Assembly (NCBI GenBank): GCA_964016885.1
Contig: OZ024747.1
Span: forward strand, 47,678,001-47,742,000
Direction of reading: 5' to 3'
DNA from: Eledone cirrhosa
Taxonomy: Eukaryota
DNA: 64,000 bases
This document shows positions 55,741 to 64,000 of this stretch, one piece after another. Both the position numbers and the translations under genes were made by a program. Numbering within the stretch: position 1 is the first letter of the stretch; each line of letters opens with the position of its first letter. The notes beneath the pieces were generated by a model. The model ran no database searches. It had not been told where the DNA came from and saw only the letters and a list, made by a program, of their open reading frames with translations.

Positions 55741-57879
55741 ACTCTTATAAATGTCAACATATATGTATATGTGTGTGTATATATATGTTTTTTTTTAATG
55801 TATATATATTACTCCCTTAAGCAGAAGAAATATACTCCCATATATCAAACATTACCACAATAACTAGGGAGCAGAGGACAATATATGCTGGACATTGTTG
55901 CTAAGGGTAGGATGACCTGATGAGCTGACTCCTGTGGTGGATACCTAAACATAGTAAGACCCTAGTGGGATGACTTAGATTCACCTACATACATCAGATG
56001 TCTCTGGATGTCCAGTTGGAGATTAATGATTTCAGGAATGCCATGGAAAATCGTGACATCTAAAAAAGAAGAGTAGAATTGTTCTGGCCAATCCACCTGA
56101 CCTAATAAACAATAATAATTGTTTCTACTTTTGGCACAAGGCCAGCAATTACCCAGTGCATTACTGGTACTTTATTTTATCGACTCCGTAAGGATGAAAG
56201 GCAAAGTTAACTTCGGCGGGATTTGAACTCAGAATGGAAAGGGCCGTAACTCTATGCGTCAAAGCATGGCGTCCGACCCTTTACCGATACTGCCAATCCA
56301 CCGACCTAATAAACAATAATAATATTAATATATATTGATGAAAATTAATTATGGTGAAATATGTTAGAAATCATTCTCAGAGGTTTTGTATTGTAATCCA
56401 CAAATACATTCTGTAGAAAGTTCTACTTCATAGAGGTTGGATACCATGCTTTCCAGTATAGTTACATCCCTTTACGGTCTGAGTTCAAATCCCGCCGAGG
56501 TTAACTTTGCCTTTCATCCTTACGGGTCGGTAAAATAAAGTACCAGTAATGTACTGGGTAATTGCTGGCCTTGTGCCAAAAGTAGAAACAATTATTTGTT
56601 ATTAAGGTTTCTTTACACAGACACAATCTCATTTCTTTGTTGAGAGTGGTGGATAGGCAGAATCGGTCAGACAACATACTTTCTGTCTTATAGTTACAGG
56701 CCTTTACATTCTGTATTAAAATCCTGCTGAGGTTAGCTTTACTTATGACTACATCATTTTTTTTTTTTTTAAAAACATTGAAGTGTTTATATGTTTATTT
56801 TATAAACTTTAACTGGTTTATAATTATATTTCTGACAAAATAAAACCAATTTTATGACTTTAATATTTGTTGGATGGTACTTTCATGGCAGTTCAAATAA
56901 TGACTTTTTAAAAAATAATTCACATTTGAAAATACTTTACAACTTTCTTCTCTTTATCTTCACCCATTTATTCCTGAGAGGGTTGTAGGGGATAGAGTCC
57001 TCACACACCCTTTCTAGGTCCTAGTTGTGTAAAATTTCCTCTATACCCTACACAACACCACATCATTCTGCACATACACACACCACATCACTACACCATA
57101 ATACATACCCCATCCCACACAACAGACACACATCATGCCAACACACATTCCACTTCACAACAAAACACATACAAACCAGGTAGTTATACCTACCCAGTAT
57201 CTTGATTTTAGTGATTTATTTTATAACAAATCTCAACATCCCAGACCTTACTTACCAAGTGGACTGGAACTCATCAGATTGGACCAAAGAAACAATGTTT
57301 CCATTAGTCTTTCCAGTTGATGATATCTACTATCTACCAGTTGTAACTCCTGGCAGGTGGAACAAGGTGAAATAAAGTGTCTTGCTGAAGGACTTAACAC
57401 ATTACCTAGTCCACTCACCAACTCTCTTACCACTAAGCCACATGTCTTCCTAAGTTTCAGTGATAGTGGACAGTAAATGATGATGATGATCGTCATTTTA
57501 TTTGATAGATTGACCAGTTGATCATCTCAGTGGTGTATTATTGCTTTTTTTTTCACAGGGTCTCTTGAAGTCCATGATTAAAAGGTAATAGAGTATTGGT
57601 TAAGGTGTTGGACTCAATGATAAATTTATGTGTTAATTCCTGGGCCGGGCAGCATGTTCTGTCATACAATAAGACAATATATTTCATGTTGCTTCAGTCC
57701 AATCAGCTGGAAAAAAATTAGTTCTGACAACTCTGGTTCCTAGCTATATCGGCCTTTGACTTTCCTTTGGACAACATCATATAGTCTATATATATTGTGT
57801 GTACTGAATATATATATAGTGATAACATGGTATGTATAGCTCTTTAGTTCTTAGTCCAGATTGTTCCATCAGGAATATA

Positions 57880-58340
57880 TGTCAACTAATTGTTTCCAAT
57901 GATTTCAGTTCGTGACAGCTTGTTGAAATCCATGCCAGCTGATGTTGACAGTTTGTGGGTCATTTTGGAATGTGTTCCACCAGGTCATCTTTGGCTGGCC
58001 TCTTTTCCTCTTGGCTTCAGGGGTAATCCATGTCATCGCTGTTTTGGACAGGTGGTCTTTTGGGAGGTGCAGAATGTGACCTGCAAAATGGAACCAACAT
58101 CCCATGATGATCTCCTGCAGTGTATGTGAACCTGCTCTTCACAGGATCTCTCCAGCTGACCTTTAGAATCTTATGCAGGCTCCTCTGATGGAAAGTTTTT
58201 AGAGACCTATCCATCTTCACAATGTGTTTCCATGTTTCACAGTCATAGGTGGCTATGGGAAGTACAATGCTAATGTACAAGCGCAGCTTGAAATACATGC
58301 TGAGGGCTCTGTTTGACCAAATCGAGTGCATCCATTGGAT
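57880..58340 (-). mobile_element. RTE-group LINE 3' fragment, decayed
   Basis: KLRLYISIVLPIATYDCETW, FAGHIL, RKRGQPKMTW. Confidence 0.8.
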
Positions 58341-58383
58341 CGATGATCAATTACATAATAGATTGATTTTGAACTACATGTTA

Positions 58384-58404
58384 AATAAGTTCCAGAGCCC
58401 TTAC

Positions 58405-58448
<44 letters not shown>

Positions 58449-58481
58449 GTATATATGGCAGTAAGGGCTCTGGAACTTATT
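58384..58481. repeat. Perfect 26-bp inverted repeat around a (TA)n tract
   Basis: aataagttccagagcccttactgcca ... tggcagtaagggctctggaacttatt. Confidence 0.95.
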
Positions 58482-60866
58482 GTGAAGGGGTCTGGCCTGG
58501 CAGGTGTCCCATGGCACCGCAGCATGGGCTCGGTCGTCATCCTACAACTGCAAAGAGGTTCAAACCTCTGAATATTGGTTGCTGGAATGTAAGAACTTTA
58601 CTTGATTCCCAATCCAGTGAAACTCGCCCTGAAAGAAGATCTGCTTTGGTGTCGAGGGAACTCAATCGCTATAGCATGGACATCGCTGCTCTTTCAGAAA
58701 CGAGATTGGCAGGTGAGGGTCAATTAACAGAACAGAAGAGAGGATATACCTTCTATTGGAGTGGTGGAGCAGAGGGTTGTAGGAGAGAGGCAGGGGTCGC
58801 ATTTTCTGTCAGGAATGGAATTGTCTCAAAGCTGGAAAATCTTCCTTGTGGATTCAATGATCGGATAATGTCCATGAGAGTCCCTCCTGATTCAAAACCA
58901 CTTTGTGACTCTGGTCAGTGTGTACGCTCCTACTATGTGTGCCAGTGATGATGAAAAACTAAATTTCTACATGTCTTTGAGAGAGGTCATCCATGGTATA
59001 CCTTATGCAGACAAGATTGTCATCCTTGGTGATTTTAATGCACATGTTGGTAATAAGTGGGAAGCTTGGAGTGTGATGGGCAAGCATGGAGTGGGTAAGT
59101 GCAATAACAATGGTCTACTTCTGTTTCAGATGTGCACTGAGATAGATCTTGTTGTTGGGAACACGCTCTTTCAGCAGAAAGACAAATATAAGACAACTTC
59201 GATGCATCCAGGTTCCAAGAAGTGGCACCTTATTGACTTCGTTTTAACGACTAAACATGATATCAGGGATATCCCATTGGTTCGTGTATTGCGAGGCGCG
59301 GAATGTTGGACTAATCATCGTCTGGTGCGCGCCAAATTTCAATTTGTTGTGAAGCCCAAAGTAAGGGAGAAGAAGGTTGCACTTCCAAAACAACTAAACG
59401 TGGCTCGTCTGAAAATAGAGAGAGTCAGAGATGATCTGTCGAGGTCCCTTGGGTCCATGGATGTGAAAACACTTAGGAATCATTGAAGAAAACCGTCTAT
59501 GATGTTAGTGCTGGAGTTTTAGGTCATACCAATAGAAAGCATAAAGACTGGTTCAATGAAAATGATGCAGTGATCCAGACCCTGCTTGAAGAGAAACAAA
59601 GTGCTGACATCATTGTTGTGTGAGACACATTCTGACAGGAGTGACCGGACCTACAGGCAGATCAAGGCATGTGTGCAACATTGATTGAGAGCCATGCAGG
59701 ATACCTGCTGGAGCCAAAAGGCTGATGAAATCCAGAAGGCCTCAGATAGACATGATACAAAGCTCTTATACAGTCTGCTCAGGGAGGTGTATGGTCCGAC
59801 CGGTCCACAAATATCACCACTTTGCTCCAGGGACGGCAAGGAATTGCTCAGAGATCCGAAGGAAATCCTGATCAGGTGGCATGACCACTTTGATGAGCTT
59901 CTCAACAGACCATCAGAAATTGATGATGAGTTTATCCGGTCGATTCCATCCAGACCTACAAAGCTGGCAATGGCTGATCCTCCTTCATTTGATGAGGTGG
60001 CGAAGGCCATTGCCAAATTAAACAGCGGCAAGTCACCTGGAATGGATGGACTGATGCCGAGATTTTCAAGTGTGCTGGTGATAACTTCTTAAACTGCCTC
60101 ACTGATCTCTTTGTAAATGTTTGAAATGAAGAAGGTATACCACAGGAGTGGAAAGATGCATTGATTGTGGTACTTTACAAAGGAAAGGGAGCCAAAAATG
60201 ACTGTGGCAACTACAGAGGTATCTCGCTGCTATTTGTGGCTGGGAAGATCTTGTGCAGGATTTTGTTGGACAGATTGATACAGCACATTGCTGTTGAGGT
60301 ACTTCCTGAGTCCCAATGTGGCTTTAGGAATGGCAGAGGCACTGTTGACATGATCTTCTCGGCCAAACAACTTCAAGAGAAATGCATTGAGCAGTGCAGG
60401 GACCAAGTTTTTGTCGATCTGACCAAGGCATTTGACACCGTTTATCAGAAGGCTTTGTGGGTTATTTTGGAGAGATTGGGCTGTCGTGAAAAGTTTGTGA
60501 ACATTCTGAAACTCTTCCACGATGACATGCATGCATGGGTGAATGTTGGAGGTAAACCGTCTGAGCCAATCTCAATTGAAAATGGTGTCAAGCAAGGTGA
60601 TATACCTGCACCAACTTTGTTTGCCTTGTATTTCGCGATGGTGTTCTTCATGGCCTTCAGGGATTGTCAACACGGTATCTATCTCAGATACCGCACTTTC
60701 GGCAAGCTGTTTAACCTTAGGCGTCTCACTGCCAACACTAAGGTACTGAGTACCTTGAGCAGAGAATGTTTATATGCAGATGATTGTGATCTCTTTGCAC
60801 ACTCTCAGAGTGACATGCAACACCTTATGAATTCTTTTTCCAATACATGCAGTGCTTTGGGACTGA
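58456..60866 (+). mobile_element. RTE (BovB-like) LINE with APE endonuclease and RT, 3'-truncated, frameshifted
   Basis: LNIGCWNVRTL, DIAALSETR, YAPT, GDFNA, LIDFVL; NYRGISLL, QCGFR, FVDLTKAFD, GVKQG, LYADD. Confidence 0.93.
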
Positions 60867-61955
60867 CAGCTGCTATTTGTGGTGGCATTGACAGTAACTG
60901 AAAGTGAATTTACCTGCTATTTCTAGCATAATGTAGCTACTCCTCGTTACATTACCTCCTAACCCAAAAATATATACTCCTGTAGGAGATAGACAAGGCC
61001 ATATGTGATGTCACAGCTGCTATTTGTGATGTCTTCGACAGGAATTTAAAGGGAATTTAACTGCTATTTCTAGCATAAACTAGATACTCTTTGTTATATT
61101 ACCTCCCAACTCAAGAATATATATTTATGTAGTAGTAGGTTTTCATCAAGGCCATCTGTGATTTCACTGCTGCTAATTAGGTTGAGTTGAACAGGAATTT
61201 AATGATAATTTAGCTTCTATTTCTAGCATAATATAGATACTCTTTGTTACAATAACTCCCAACTCAAAAATAAATTATTTGGTAGTAGTAGGAGATAAGG
61301 AACCTTCTGCTAGTCATGGTGGCTTGCACAGGAATATAAAGGGAATTTTGCTGCTATTTCTAGCATATTCTAGATACTCTTTGTCATATTACCTCCCAAC
61401 TCAAGAATATATATATTTGTAGCAGTAGTTGTGAAACAAAGCCTTCTGTGATGTCACAGCTGCTAATTATGGTGGCTTACACAGGAATTTAAAGATAATT
61501 TAGCTGCTATTTCTTGCATAAATTAGATAATCTTTGTTATATTACCTCCCAACTCAAAAATATACACTTTGGTAGTAGTTGGTTTGAAACAAGGCCTTCT
61601 ATGATGTCACAGCTTCCATTCAGGCTGGCTTGCACTGGAATTTAACTGCTATTTCTAGCATAAACCAGATACTCTTCGTTACATTACCTCCCAACTTAAA
61701 AATATACCCTTTGGTAGTAGTTGGTGTGAAACAAGGCCCTTTGTGATGTCACAGCTGCTATTTATGGTGGCTTGCACAGGAATTTAAAGCTAATTTAGCT
61801 GCTATTTCTAGCATAAAGTAGATACTCTTTGTTACATTAACTCCCAACTCAAAAATAAATTATTTGGTAGTAGTATGTGTGAAACAAGACCCTCTGTGAT
61901 GTCACAGATGCTATTTATGGTGAATTGGACAGTAATTAAAAGGGAATTTAGTTAC
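60866..61955. repeat. About 148-bp degenerate tandem array, 7-8 units
   Basis: Recurring gatgtcacagctgcta...gctatttctagcata...ttacctcccaactcaa. Confidence 0.9.
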
Positions 61956-62144
61956 ATATATATATATATATATATATATAGATAGGTAAAAATACACGGG
62001 TGTGTATGATTGTGTATAGAAGATTATATTAATAAGAGGAATTCCAACTTTGTCTGATTTACTCGTTTTATTTACAATCCTTTAAAATATATAATGGTAT
62101 TATAATGAAATAGTATGATAGATAATTAAATTCTAAGTGTTAAT

Positions 62145-62183
62145 TGAACAAGTACTTTCATGCTTTCGCAATCTTCAGGTTCA
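62145..62183 (-). ncRNA. Minimal hammerhead ribozyme, intact core
   Basis: tgaac CTGAAGA t tgc-gaaa-gca t GAAA GTAC TT gttca; lies in a (TA)n-flanked insert 61981-62220. Confidence 0.75.
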
Positions 62184-62249
62184 TAATATGTGGTGACAGT
62201 CAAGTTTGCAATTTTCAACTATAATATATATATATATATTATATATATA

Positions 62250-62574
62250 TATAAATGTTTGAATTTGTACAGCCAAAACAATGCAGGTATGGACATAGAA
62301 TAAAAAATGCAAATGCAAAAGATAATATTTTTCAAGATAATATCTCTTCTTCGGAGGGAAGTAAAACGGTTAAACCAGTGTTCTAAATAGCTTGCCAAGT
62401 CATGTTGACAGGAAAAATTAAGGACATTTAAATAAATCTAAGGTAAAAGACTAATTGTCAACAATATCTTTTGCATTTGCATTTATTCTATGTCCATACC
62501 TGCATTATTTTGGCTTTACAAATTCAAACGTTTATACCTCATTACACAATGCTTCAAGTGAACTATAACTTCCT

Positions 62575-62576
<2 letters not shown>
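62250..62576. repeat. Foldback element with about 73-bp inverted arms, (TA)n-flanked
   Basis: 62250-62324 vs 62465-62536, with an unpaired 3' extension to 62576. Confidence 0.85.
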
Positions 62577-62609
<33 letters not shown>

Positions 62610-62611
<2 letters not shown>

Positions 62612-63150
62612 TTAGCTTTTGTTGACTTAGAGAAGGCCTTTGATAGGGTACCCCGATCTGTCATTTGGTGGTCCCTAAGGAAACTAGGTGTAGAGGAATG
62701 GCTTATGAGGACAGTGCAAGCTATGTCCAGGGGTGCTGTCAGTAAAGTGAGACTAGGAATGGAGTTTTGTGAGGAATTCTAGATACAAGTAGGTTTACAT
62801 CAGGGTTCGGTCCTCAGCCCGCTCTTGTTCATTATAGTCCTCCAAGCCATAACAGAGGAGTTTCAGACTGGATGCCCATGGGAACTTCTCTATGCTGACG
62901 ATCTGGTTCTTATAGCAGAATCAGTAGAGGAGCTAGAGAACAAAATCTGGCTATGGAAACAGCAGTTGGAATCAAGAGGACTGACAGTGAACCTAGCTAA
63001 GACAAAAGTGTTGATGAGTAGAAGAGAGGACGATACTCTGATTCCATCAGGGAAATGGTCATGATCGATATGTAGAAAAGGAACTGGCATAAATTCCATA
63101 AAATGTACGCAAAGCAGATGTAGTGGGATAGCAGCAAACTAACAGGTAGA
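62610..63150 (+). mobile_element. RTE RT fragment (PHD family)
   Basis: AFVDLEKAFDRV, CPWELLYADD. Confidence 0.9.
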
Positions 63151-63164
63151 TGTCATCACATGTG

Positions 63165-63241
<77 letters not shown>

Positions 63242-63249
63242 TGTGTGTG

Positions 63250-63284
<35 letters not shown>

Positions 63285-63287
63285 ATA

Positions 63288-64000
63288 TATCATCATCATC
63301 AGGTTTAGCGTCCGTGTTCCACGCTTGCATGGGTTTGGACGGGGGTTTTCCCACTTGCAGCAAGAGTGGTTGTCTTGCTCGCATAGGACTGTCTGGCGGG
63401 TTTTCTACAGCTGGATGCCCTTCCTAACACCAACCACATTTACAGTGTGGGGCTGGGAGGTTTTTACCTTGTTGCCTACACGGCCACATTTACAGCGTGG
63501 ACTGTGTGTTTTTTTGTCGTGACACCTACACGATCTCATTTGTTTCGGCCTGGATGTTGTGGGACCAACATAACTTTACATTGAAAGGGGCGGTGTGGAT
63601 GGGGTGGAGGTGGTGGGACGGGGGTGTGTTTTGATAGAGATGCCTACTGACTGTAGTAAGTTTTTACTTTGTATTTAGGTAAGGCGGGTCTTCTCTATTA
63701 CTGAGTACCGCCAAAGGTCTCGGTCCAGTGACATTGTCTTGGAGAGGTGTAAGCGTGTGAGGTCGGAATTTATCATGTCGTCCCAGGTTTTTCTGGGTCT
63801 GCCTACTCCGTGGCTACCGTCTATCTTTATTGCCCTGCACTTTGTTATACAGCTGTCGTCTTTCATGCGCATCACGTGACCGTACCAACGTAGCCTTCTC
63901 TCGAGTAAACAACATCTGATCCCTCTTATTTCTAATTTTTTCCTTAGTTCGTTTATGCTTAGCCGTTCACGTATATTACTATTGCACATCCAGCGGAGCA
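63288..64000 (-). mobile_element. RTE LINE 3' end with full 3' UTR (continues beyond window)
   Basis: LRWYGHVMRM, GRPRKTW; UTR nearly identical to 38375-38925. Confidence 0.92.

Noticed and set aside
58456-58545. HDV-like ribozyme in the RTE 5' UTR
   Set aside because: Known for some RTEs, but I could not build the nested double pseudoknot by eye.
60866-61955. CRISPR-like array
   Set aside because: Whole units are homologous; no repeat-spacer alternation.

Overview
AT-rich, repeat-dense animal genomic DNA. The SINE/LINE repertoire looks like an octopod cephalopod (inference from repeat families, not proven). Two convergent protein-coding genes can be assembled by hand from GT-AG exons with consistent phases. 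(1) A complete minus-strand GTF3C3 (TFIIIC102/Tfc4, TPR subunit of Pol III factor TFIIIC) with 25 coding exons, 52975->9013, 2766 nt, 921 aa. (2) The last three exons (1-141, 6760-6819, 7470-7612, +) of a PAN/Apple-like type I membrane protein. The rest is largely mobile DNA: a decayed Penelope-like element (RT + GIY-YIG) and several non-autonomous Penelope-type foldback pieces carrying hammerhead ribozyme motifs, RTE LINEs (one family with a PHD finger inside the RT), CRE-type and CR1/L2-type fragments, two tRNA-derived SINE families, a 5S rRNA retrocopy fused to an RTE tail, piggyBac/hAT-type MITEs, Helitron-like pieces and several tandem arrays. Most interesting: recurrent (TA)n-anchored foldback/hammerhead elements, the 5S-RTE chimera, the PHD-in-RT LINE, a tRNA-like/B-box structure just upstream of GTF3C3, a recursive-splice-like micro-exon, and a duplicated transmembrane exon with mostly synonymous changes. 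All calls are by eye; no searches were run and repeat boundaries are approximate.
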